From: Actinomycetota bacterium
GTDB taxonomy: Bacteria; Actinomycetota; Geothermincolia; Geothermincolales; RBG-13-55-18
Reading direction: 5' to 3'
DNA length: 64,000 nt
NCBI GenBank assembly: GCA_016931915.1
Contig: JAFGDU010000098.1
Location: 1,728-65,727, forward strand
Shown here piece by piece: positions 35,899 through 43,317 of this stretch. Every line of letters begins with the position of its first letter. The stretch's first letter is position 1. Both the position numbers and the translations under genes were made by a program. The notes under the pieces are model-generated. The model saw nothing but the letters and a program-made list of their open reading frames with translations. It ran no database searches and had not been told where the DNA came from.

Positions 35899-36123
35899 TT
35901 GAAATGTAGAAAGTGCGGGGCATGCTGTATCGCCCTCTCCATATCGTCGCTGAACAAACCGGCGGGAGTGAGGTGCGAGCATCTCACGCAGGAAAACCTG
36001 TGCGCGCTGTGGGGCAAGCCGGAGAGGCCGGAGGTGTGCTCGGCGTACAAGCCCGACCCCCTCTTCTGCGGGAACAGCTTCGAAGAGGCGCTGGAACTCA
36101 TGCGCGCCATGGAGGAAGGATAG
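35899..36123 (+). CDS. small YkgJ-like cysteine-cluster protein
   Basis: TTG start 6 nt after the upstream stop. KCRKCGACC...CEHL...CALW...PEVCSAY pattern. 74 aa. Confidence 0.55.
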   Translation: MKCRKCGACCIALSISSLNKPAGVRCEHLTQENLCALWGKPERPEVCSAYKPDPLFCGNSFEEALELMRAMEEG

Positions 36124-36163
36124 AAAGCGGCGGCGGTATATACCGAACCGCAGAAAGGAGAAG

Positions 36164-37039
36164 GTGATGAGCGCAGGGCTGCGCGCGGAACTGACCCAGT
36201 CGCTGAGGATGATCGCCTATTCCACGCTGGCCTCTTCCAGATATTATCACTGGATGCTGCGCGAACGTCCCGAGCGCGCAAAGGGCCGTGTCGATATCGG
36301 AGACGCCCGCATCTTCTACCTCTCCTGCGGGCGGGGAGAACCGCTGCTGCTGCTGCACGGCGGTTTCGCCTACGCCGAGACGTGGGTGGGACAGACGCCG
36401 GAACTGGCCCAACGCTACCGGGTGATCGCCCCCGATTCCCGCGGCCACGGCCGCAGCACCCTGGGCACGAAGCCCATCACCTACCGGCAGATGGCGGAGG
36501 ACATGGCGGCGTTGGTGGAGAGGCTGGGCCTGGGCGGCGTCCACCTCATCGGGTGGAGCGACGGCGGCTGCACCAGCCTGGCCATGGCTTTGCAGCGGCC
36601 CGACCTCGTACGCAGCATGGTGCTGCTGGGCACGCCATTCAACACCGATAACTACAGCGCCGAGGGCTGGCGCCAGATGGAGAGCATCCTCGACCCGCGC
36701 TCTCTGTCCATGCTCAGCCTGAGATCCATGCGCCGCATGATGAACCCCGAACCGCACCGGGGCAAAGAGTTCCTGGAGGAGATGTCCCGGATGTGGAGGA
36801 CCCTGCCGGACTTCACTACAGAAGACCTTGGCCGCATCGAGGCTCCGACCCTGGTCATAGGCTGCGACCGCGACGAGTTCCTCTCCCTGTGGCCCGATCC
36901 TCTGCAGGTGTTCAAGGACACCACAGCGGCCATCCCGAACGCCCGGCTGGAGATCGTCAGGGGAGGTACGCACTTCGTAAGCCTGGAACGAGCTCGCGAG
37001 GTCAACCGGCTCATCCTCGACTTTCTCGCCTCCCTCTAG
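36164..37039 (+). CDS. alpha/beta hydrolase
   Basis: LLLLHGGF, nucleophile elbow GWSDGG, late GGTHF. The stop TAG overlaps the first G of hairpin A4. Confidence 0.8.
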   Translation: MMSAGLRAELTQSLRMIAYSTLASSRYYHWMLRERPERAKGRVDIGDARIFYLSCGRGEPLLLLHGGFAYAETWVGQTPELAQRYRVIAPDSRGHGRSTLGTKPITYRQMAEDMAALVERLGLGGVHLIGWSDGGCTSLAMALQRPDLVRSMVLLGTPFNTDNYSAEGWRQMESILDPRSLSMLSLRSMRRMMNPEPHRGKEFLEEMSRMWRTLPDFTTEDLGRIEAPTLVIGCDRDEFLSLWPDPLQVFKDTTAAIPNARLEIVRGGTHFVSLERAREVNRLILDFLASL

Positions 37040-37110
37040 GGGGTCACATCTTTATTCTTGAATAGTCTTCCATTTTCTGGTTGTGAATTCAAAAATAAAG
37101 ATGTGACCCC
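37039..37110 (-). repeat. family A hairpin element, copy A4 (reverse orientation)
   Basis: GGGGGTCACATCTTTATTCTTGAAT-agtcttccattttctggttgtga-ATTCAAAAATAAAGATGTGACCCC. TA on both flanks. Confidence 0.9.
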
Positions 37111-37177
37111 TAATTGGAACACAACACCGTACCCAGGGGTCGAAAGGATGGGGTTAATGAAATCATAAGGAAATACC

Positions 37178-37933
37178 ATGAAAAGGATCGTATTCAAAGC
37201 GTTGACGGTTTTCTTCATCCTGTTCTTCGTCGCCATCGCGATAATCGGATATCTGTTTTATACCGGACGCATGTGGTTCGTCGACCCCCCGCACGACAGG
37301 TTCCCGGTAAGGGGCATCGACGTCTCGGAACACCAGGGGAATATCGACTGGGAAAGGGTTGAGGCAGATGGATTCCATTTCGCCATCATCAAGGCGACGG
37401 AGGGAATGGACCACCGGGACAGCTGCTTCGCCCGCAACTGGGAGGGCGCAAGTAACGCGGGGCTGGCCAGGAGCGCATATCATTTCTTCACCTTTCGCAG
37501 CCCCGGGCTGGAACAGGCGAGGAACTTCATCGCAGTCGTGCCCAATGAACCTGGATGCCTGCCCCCCACCATCGACGTGGAGTTCGGCGGCAACAGCAGG
37601 GAGGTGCCCGACAGAGGGACCTTCACCAAGGAGCTCAAGGATTTCATCGGCGAGATAGAGGTGAACTACGGCACCAAGCCCATACTTTACGTGACCTACG
37701 ACTCCTACGAGGAGTTCATCGTCGGTGATTACGAGGATTGCATCATCTGGATAAGGGACCTCTTCGGATATCCACTACTGGAGGACGAGCGCTGGCTTTT
37801 CTGGCAGTACAACTGCCGCGGCAGGGTCGCGGGCATCGAAGGATACGTGGACCTGAACGTGTTCAACGGCGACCGTGCCGAGTTCGAGCGGCTGCCGCGG
37901 CAGACCGCGGACCAGCCTTCGTCACCCGAGTGA
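37178..37933 (+). CDS. glycoside hydrolase family 25 lysozyme (muramidase), membrane anchored
   Basis: N-terminal TM helix, then GIDVSEHQGNIDWERV...FAIIKATEG...AYHFF GH25 blocks. Confidence 0.8.
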   Translation: MKRIVFKALTVFFILFFVAIAIIGYLFYTGRMWFVDPPHDRFPVRGIDVSEHQGNIDWERVEADGFHFAIIKATEGMDHRDSCFARNWEGASNAGLARSAYHFFTFRSPGLEQARNFIAVVPNEPGCLPPTIDVEFGGNSREVPDRGTFTKELKDFIGEIEVNYGTKPILYVTYDSYEEFIVGDYEDCIIWIRDLFGYPLLEDERWLFWQYNCRGRVAGIEGYVDLNVFNGDRAEFERLPRQTADQPSSPE

Positions 37934-37981
37934 AATAGAATAGTAGCGTTGGTATCGGCGGGATATGGGAGGAGGCCTGAA

Positions 37982-38263
37982 ATGGCGGAATCGGAACCTC
38001 TCGGCTACCGCGTGGTCGGGACCATCAAGAGCGTGAAGGGCGAGTGCGGAGCCGGGCACAAGGAGGGGGATCAGCTGGAGATCAGCGGCTACAGCTCGGG
38101 AGGACTGTGCGGCTTCTTCTACCACGACATCTTCCCCTACCTCATGATGCTCCAGTTCGGCGGGGGCTTTCCCGAGGACTGGGGCGACCCAGAGGTGGTC
38201 GAGCTGGGCTGCGTGGACAAGACGAACATGGTAACCATAGAGCTGAGGCGCGTCAGGGAATAG
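37982..38263 (+). CDS. TIGR04076-family small protein
   Basis: ATG 37982 after GGAGGAGG. C..GH..GD...GGLCGFFYHDIFPYL...FGGGFP...LGCVD...V.IEL pattern as I recall for TIGR04076. Confidence 0.5.
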   Translation: MAESEPLGYRVVGTIKSVKGECGAGHKEGDQLEISGYSSGGLCGFFYHDIFPYLMMLQFGGGFPEDWGDPEVVELGCVDKTNMVTIELRRVRE

Positions 38264-38300
38264 CGGCCTTACTCGAGAAGGCCAGGGGAAGAAGCAGCGA

Positions 38301-38732
38301 TCAGATATCCCTGCCGAAGAGCTGGCAGATCCCCTCGAAACCGTGGTTTTCATAAAAGCGGTGGGCATCTGCACGGTGGAAGGCTGAATCAAGTTCCACC
38401 CTGCGGCAGCCGTCCTTCTTCGCCAGTTCAAGGGCCCGTTCCAGCAGCATACCTCCTATCCCCTCTCCCCTGCGGCTCTCATCGACTACCAGCTCATCTA
38501 CGTATCCCAGGAAGCCCTGCCCCCACAGGCTCTTCCTGACGCTGAGGGAGCAGAAGCCCACGAGCTTGCCCTCGCTCACGGCGCACAAGTAATGTTGGGA
38601 AGCCAGACCCAGGTTGTGGCGGAAGACCTCCTCCAACGCCTCGCGGCCCAGCTCACGACCCGGCCACAGCTGCCGCAGCAACCCGAGGACCGGCTCGAAA
38701 TCATCCTCTATGCACTGCCTGATCTCAACCAT
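38301..38732 (-). CDS. GNAT family N-acetyltransferase
   Basis: 143 aa. RRGEGIGGMLLERALELAKKDGCRRVELD acetyl-CoA-binding block. Confidence 0.85.
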   Translation of the reverse strand: MVEIRQCIEDDFEPVLGLLRQLWPGRELGREALEEVFRHNLGLASQHYLCAVSEGKLVGFCSLSVRKSLWGQGFLGYVDELVVDESRRGEGIGGMLLERALELAKKDGCRRVELDSAFHRADAHRFYENHGFEGICQLFGRDI

Positions 38733-38784
38733 GGTCCTCTTATGATTACGCGCGGCGCAGCACGGCGCAAGACCCGCCTGTCCT

Positions 38785-38855
38785 GGGGGTCACATCTTTA
38801 TTCTTGAATAGTCTGCCAATTTATGGTTGTTAATTCAAATATAAAGATGTGACCC
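38785..38855 (-). repeat. family A hairpin element, copy A5 (reverse orientation)
   Basis: GGGGGTCACATCTTTATTCTTGAAT-agtctgccaatttatggttgtta-ATTCAAATATAAAGATGTGACCC, in a divergent intergenic region. Confidence 0.9.
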
Positions 38856-38944
38856 TGAAATGACCACTGAAACTTGGGGCGCCACTATAAACATCCAGCC
38901 CCGATGTTTCGATAATCAATAACGTAACCGGCGACGAGAAGAAG

Positions 38945-39808
38945 GTGGTGATGATCGTGGCGGGAACGTTCGAGCGCAGCACGCAGATACTCAAGGAGAG
39001 TTTGGGGGTTCTCAAGCAAGACAAGGAGTTGGTGCTCTTCCCCATAATATCCGGGATCGTGATGCTGATACTTACCGCGTCCTTCGTCGTGCCCCTGGTC
39101 ATGTTTACCGGCATCAAGGACGGCGAGGTCGAGAACAACGTCCTCTACTATGTCTTCTTCTTCCTCTTCTACCTCGTCGGCTACTTCGTGGTCATCTTCT
39201 TCAACACCGGACTCATAGCCTGCGTGCAGATACGCCTCAGCGGGGGAGACCCCAAGTTCAGCGACGGCATGCAGTACGCCGTGGGCAACCTGGGCAAGAT
39301 AGCCGGGTGGGCGCTGATATCAGCCACCGTGGGCCTGGTGCTGCAGATGATACGGGAACGCGCCGGACTGCTGGGCAGGATAGCGGCGGGCCTGTTCGGG
39401 ATGGCATGGAACCTCATCACCTTCTTCGTTATCCCGGTCATGATCTTCCAGAACGCGGGGGTCATCGATTCCATAAAACAGTCGGCCGCGCTGTTCAAGA
39501 GAACCTGGGGCGAGAACGTGGTCCTGCGCTTCTCCCTCGGTCTTATCATGTTCCTGCTCGGGCTGCTGGGGATAATCCCCATCGCCCTCGCCATAATGAC
39601 GAAGTCTGCAGCGGTTATAATCGTTGTGGGCGCCGTTGTTGTGCTGTACTGGTTCGCGCTGGGGATCATCAGCTCCGCCCTCAATGGCATATTCGCGACC
39701 GCCCTGTATAACTATGCCATGACCGGAACCGTGCCGTCGGCCTTCAGCCCCGCAGTGATCTCGAGCGCCTTCGGGCAGAAGACCACCAGCGGCTTCTTCT
39801 CCCGCTGA
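38945..39808 (+). CDS. DUF6159-like integral membrane protein
   Basis: FERSTQILKESLGVLKQDKELVLFPIISGIVMLILTASF N-terminus and 6 hydrophobic helices. The stop TGA directly abuts MITE B2. Confidence 0.55.
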   Translation: MVMIVAGTFERSTQILKESLGVLKQDKELVLFPIISGIVMLILTASFVVPLVMFTGIKDGEVENNVLYYVFFFLFYLVGYFVVIFFNTGLIACVQIRLSGGDPKFSDGMQYAVGNLGKIAGWALISATVGLVLQMIRERAGLLGRIAAGLFGMAWNLITFFVIPVMIFQNAGVIDSIKQSAALFKRTWGENVVLRFSLGLIMFLLGLLGIIPIALAIMTKSAAVIIVVGAVVVLYWFALGIISSALNGIFATALYNYAMTGTVPSAFSPAVISSAFGQKTTSGFFSR

Positions 39809-39999
39809 GGGGGTCAGCCGTTCAATCGACACAAAGTGCCAGGCGTACACGGATTACTCAATTGCTTATGTAGCAAAGCAACCAGTTGCTACGCGAAATG
39901 CAGGAAATATGTGGGCTAGATCATAGGTGCTTCTTGTTGAGATTCAGGCTGCAAATATGTGGACACTTGACCCTATGTGTCGATTGAACGGCTGACCCC
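39809..39999 (-). mobile_element. family B MITE-like element, copy B2 (191 bp, inverted relative to B1/B3)
   Basis: Ends GGGGGTCAGCCGTTCAATCGACACAAAG... and ...TGACCCTATGTGTCGATTGAACGGCTGACCCC. The subterminal blocks are swapped relative to B1/B3. Confidence 0.9.
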
Positions 40000-40856
40000 T
40001 AGGTGATGCCGATGTAGGGGTTGGCCTCCTGGCGTGAGGGAGGTACGCCGTAATACCCGATGCCCCTCAGCCAATCCCGTATGGCCGCATTGGAGGCCTC
40101 GGGCCTGGTATAGGTGCAGCAGTGACCGCCGCCATCTATGATGACCAGGTCCGCGTGGGGTATCCTTCCCGCCAACTCCACGACGGTCTCCGCACCGACC
40201 AGGCGGTCCTCCTCGCCCCGCAGCACCAGTGCGGGCACGCTGATATCCCGCAGCTTCGCCGTGTAGGACACCTTCACGCCCGCGATAATACGATCGAGAT
40301 AGGCGGCCGCTCCGCAGGCGAGCCCGTAGTCGATTATATAATCGACCAGTTCGGAATTGCCCGGAGAAGGATCCAGCACGAAGCCGCGCCTCCTGCCCAC
40401 CCAGCGCAGAAGGCTCCTTCGCTGGTCCATGGAGAGGAAGGGAAGAAAGGCGAACTGGTGCACGAAGGAGGCCAGGGTGAAGATGTTGAGGCCGAATCCT
40501 CCCCGGCGCGGGCGGTCCATGGTGTTGCAGAGGACGATGCCGGACAGCCGCTGCGGGTGATAGAGGGCAAGCTCCTGGGTGACCATGCCCCCCAAGGACT
40601 CCCCCACCACCACCGCCTTCTCCAGCCCCAATTCATCCATGAGGGCGACGACGCTGGCTGCGCAATCCGAAATCGTGCTGGACATGCTCGGCTTCCACAC
40701 CGGCAGGCTGGTGGTGATGGTACGGTAAGCGTCCGAGAGCCCCTCAACCTGGGGACGCCAGAACTCCTTGGCGCCCTCCATCCCCGGGATGAAGATAAGG
40801 GGCCTTCCCTTTCCCGCCTCCATGTAGTCCGGTATCACGCAGCGCCCTACACTCAT
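39999..40856 (-). CDS. alpha/beta hydrolase
   Basis: LIFIPGMEG, nucleophile elbow GESLGG, late GGGHC. The stop TAG (40001-39999) uses the terminal base of MITE B2. Confidence 0.8.
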   Translation of the reverse strand: MSVGRCVIPDYMEAGKGRPLIFIPGMEGAKEFWRPQVEGLSDAYRTITTSLPVWKPSMSSTISDCAASVVALMDELGLEKAVVVGESLGGMVTQELALYHPQRLSGIVLCNTMDRPRRGGFGLNIFTLASFVHQFAFLPFLSMDQRRSLLRWVGRRRGFVLDPSPGNSELVDYIIDYGLACGAAAYLDRIIAGVKVSYTAKLRDISVPALVLRGEEDRLVGAETVVELAGRIPHADLVIIDGGGHCCTYTRPEASNAAIRDWLRGIGYYGVPPSRQEANPYIGIT

Positions 40857-41341
40857 CCTTCGCTCCTCCGTTTCTCGAGATAGACCAGGGTAAGGTGGTC
40901 GTGGACGGGTTCGGTCCTGTAAACACTGTATCCCTTTTGCGCATATATATGGAGGGGTTTTTCGCTGCGGTGCCCGGTGAACAACCTGAAACTCTCCACC
41001 TGCGCGAAGCGCTCCTCGATCTCCCCCAGGAGCAGGGTGCCGATGCCGCGGTCCTGGCGGTCCGGGTGCACGATGAGCCTGCCTACATAGCAGGTGCCCT
41101 CCTTCTCGTAAGCGCGCACCGAACCGACTATCTCCCCCGTACCCTCCTCCACCGCCTTGAGAAAAAGCTGGCGGTTAAAATCATCCCGTATCTCGGCGAG
41201 CGTCTGGGTGAGGGGGGGCAGGGTGAGATCCTCATACAGGCGCCCCTCGCTCTCGTACGCCGCTTTCTGGAGAGCGAGGATCTCCTCCGCATCCCCAATC
41301 TTCGCTTCCTCGATTATCACGTTATGAGAATCCCGCAACAT
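40853..41341 (-). CDS. GNAT family N-acetyltransferase
   Basis: 162 aa. HPDRQDRGIGTLLLGEIEERF block. 4-nt overlap with the downstream hydrolase gene. Confidence 0.85.
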   Translation of the reverse strand: MLRDSHNVIIEEAKIGDAEEILALQKAAYESEGRLYEDLTLPPLTQTLAEIRDDFNRQLFLKAVEEGTGEIVGSVRAYEKEGTCYVGRLIVHPDRQDRGIGTLLLGEIEERFAQVESFRLFTGHRSEKPLHIYAQKGYSVYRTEPVHDHLTLVYLEKRRSEG

Positions 41342-41346
41342 GCCTC

Positions 41347-42672
41347 TTATACCAGAGCTCCGCCTTTATAGACCGCCTTGATGCGCCCCATATTGGAAAT
41401 ATCCTCTAAGGGATCGCCTTCCACCACCACCATGTCGGCGTACTTCCCCGGCTCCAGCGTGCCGATGTCCTTCTCCAGGCCCAGTATCCTCGCGTTCACC
41501 GCGGTGGCACAGCGCAGGGCCTCGCAGGGGCTCAGCCCCACCTCGACCAGGTTCTCCAGCTCGCGGTGGAAATAACCGAAGAAGGCGAAGTCGGCGCCGC
41601 CGGAGTCGGTACCGCACCCCAGGATACCCCCCGCCCTCCATATCTTGTGCACGTTCTCGTAAGCGTTGGGGAGCAGTTCGCGCGGCATGGTCTCGTCCAT
41701 GACCCACTCCTTCTCTACCTCCCGCGCGCTGAAACCGTTGTGCATGTACTTGTGCAGGTGCTGCGAGACCAGCCTGTAGCATACCGGCTCCAGGAACTCC
41801 TTTCCCCGCTCCTCCAGGTCGCGGGATATGCGCTCGAACTCGAAGGTGTCCTTGTATACGTCAAGGGTGGCGATGAGCGCGGCTCCGGAGGCGACGAATC
41901 CCGCCACGTCCTCGTCTGAAAGCAGGCCGTCCATGGGGGTGTGATCGAAGGTCGCGGGGCCGTACTGCAAGCCCTTGCGGAAGGCGGAGAGCCACATCTG
42001 GTGGAATGCCACGGGCCTGCCCAGCCTCTCCGCCTCGGCGAAGAAGGCATCGTAACCCTCGTCCTCCCACGTGGGCAGAGCCCCCTTTCCCCTGCACAGG
42101 GAGAGGTCGCTGTGACAGGTCTTCACCCAGTCCGCGCCCAGGCCCACCATGCGCCGCACCAGGGCCGCGACGTCCTCGGGAGAATCGGCGCGGTCCACGG
42201 CCTGCCCCCCCGCGATGAGCCTGGCAGGCCCCTTCAGGTAGGGCACCCACTCGGGCGTGCCCCCGAAACAGGTTATATAGGAATTGGCGCAGACGATGCG
42301 CGGGCCGGGCAAACGCCCCTCCTCCACCGCCCGCCTGGCGCCCTGGATGCGGCGGGGGAAGGCCGCGACGTCCCTCACCGTCGTGACACCACTGTTCACC
42401 ACCGCCGCCAGGTTCCTCTTGACCTGCCTGCCCAGGGAGGCGATGACTCCCGGGGTGACCTTGGGCACGAAGGGCGTGATGAGGTGCACGTGTGCGTCTA
42501 TAAGCCCGGGGGTTACGCAGGCGCCACCGAGGTCGACCACCTGTTCCGCCGCGAGCCCATCGCGGTCCGCGGTTATCTCCGCGATCCTCTCCCCCTCCAC
42601 GCGCACGGCCATACCCTCCTGCGCTTCTTCCGTAACGCCGTCGATGAGCTTCAGATTCCTGAAAAGGACCAT
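41347..42672 (-). CDS. amidohydrolase family metallo-hydrolase
   Basis: GLIDAHVHL metal-binding motif, later GTDSG. ATG 42672 after GAGGAGAGGGG (the ORF is open to GTG 42693). Confidence 0.8.
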   Translation of the reverse strand: MVLFRNLKLIDGVTEEAQEGMAVRVEGERIAEITADRDGLAAEQVVDLGGACVTPGLIDAHVHLITPFVPKVTPGVIASLGRQVKRNLAAVVNSGVTTVRDVAAFPRRIQGARRAVEEGRLPGPRIVCANSYITCFGGTPEWVPYLKGPARLIAGGQAVDRADSPEDVAALVRRMVGLGADWVKTCHSDLSLCRGKGALPTWEDEGYDAFFAEAERLGRPVAFHQMWLSAFRKGLQYGPATFDHTPMDGLLSDEDVAGFVASGAALIATLDVYKDTFEFERISRDLEERGKEFLEPVCYRLVSQHLHKYMHNGFSAREVEKEWVMDETMPRELLPNAYENVHKIWRAGGILGCGTDSGGADFAFFGYFHRELENLVEVGLSPCEALRCATAVNARILGLEKDIGTLEPGKYADMVVVEGDPLEDISNMGRIKAVYKGGALV

Positions 42673-42800
42673 CTCTTCCACCCCTCTCCTCACCGTGACG
42701 GTCCAAGGCGGGAGCGCCCAACCCCTGCCCGGCGCGGGGCGGTCCCACTGCGAGCTGCGGGCTCATGTCCCGCAACGCCTTCTGTCATCGTTCTGCCAAG

Positions 42801-42983
42801 CTAGGAGGCCGCGATAGCCAGGACCCATATCCCGAAGATGCCCAGGGTCATGTGGAGGATTATCGCGCCGACGACCTCGTGCACCTTCGCTTTTCCCGCT
42901 GCAAACTGCGCGGTAACGGAGAGCATTCATATGGTCCCGCCGAAGAGAAGGAATATGGACAATATCAACCATCCGACGTTCAT
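42801..42983 (-). other. small two-helix membrane protein reading frame interrupted by one in-frame TGA (pseudogene, two mini-ORFs, or recoding)
   Basis: ATG 42983 overlaps the upstream stop (ATGA). 18 codons, then TGA (42929-42927), then ATG plus 40 codons, then TAG. The hydrophobic helix WLILSIFLLFGGTI-*-MLSV runs across the stop. Confidence 0.35.
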
Positions 42984-43216
42984 GATCCCTCCTCCCCCTC
43001 CGCGCCGACCGCAGCCGGTATCTCCCTGCCCTTATTGGCTATGCCGAAGAGTATCAAGGCCACCAGGGACACCACGCCGTGGACGAGATAGAAGGGCCAT
43101 ATCTCCCACGTGCCCTTGTCTCCCTGCCCCACCTCCACGATGCCCCAGACCATGAAGACCAGGGCCACGATCACCAGTATGGTGCCGATGAACAACAGCG
43201 TTCCCCTCACGCGCAT
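42980..43216 (-). CDS. small two-helix membrane protein
   Basis: ATG 43216 after GAAGGGGTG. MRVRGTLLFIGTILVIVALVFMVWG...FYLVHGVVSLVALILFGI. Track ORF open to 43306. Confidence 0.5.
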   Translation of the reverse strand: MRVRGTLLFIGTILVIVALVFMVWGIVEVGQGDKGTWEIWPFYLVHGVVSLVALILFGIANKGREIPAAVGAEGEEGS

Positions 43217-43317
43217 CACCCCTTCATAAGAGTCGATAATTCGCTCAGGCCCAAAGCCGGGCCTGGCCCCTGGGCTTAACGCCTCACGCGCATCACCCCT
43301 TAACAAAAGCCGGATAT

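Noticed and set aside
37178-37933. GH25 lysozyme as evidence of a prophage
   Set aside because: There are no holin, capsid, tail, terminase or integrase genes nearby. The protein has an N-terminal membrane anchor and sits among housekeeping-type accessory genes.
22342-38784. Hairpins A1 and A5 each start exactly 53 nt upstream of a minus-strand start codon (22341 and 38732)
   Set aside because: The intervening 52 nt are unrelated in sequence, and the two hairpins are in opposite orientations relative to the genes. This is most likely coincidence.
33254-38855. Classical integron cassette array, with the family A hairpins as attC sites
   Set aside because: No RYYYAAC / GTTRRRY core sites at the hairpin ends. 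Hairpin and gene orientations are mixed, several genes occur per module, and there is no intI or attI in the window. The idea is kept only as an analogy in the findings.
42927-42929. Selenocysteine at the in-frame TGA
   Set aside because: The context is the middle of a hydrophobic helix, with no Cys/redox motif, and I see no obvious SECIS-like hairpin directly downstream. It remains listed as an open question, but Sec is the least likely explanation.
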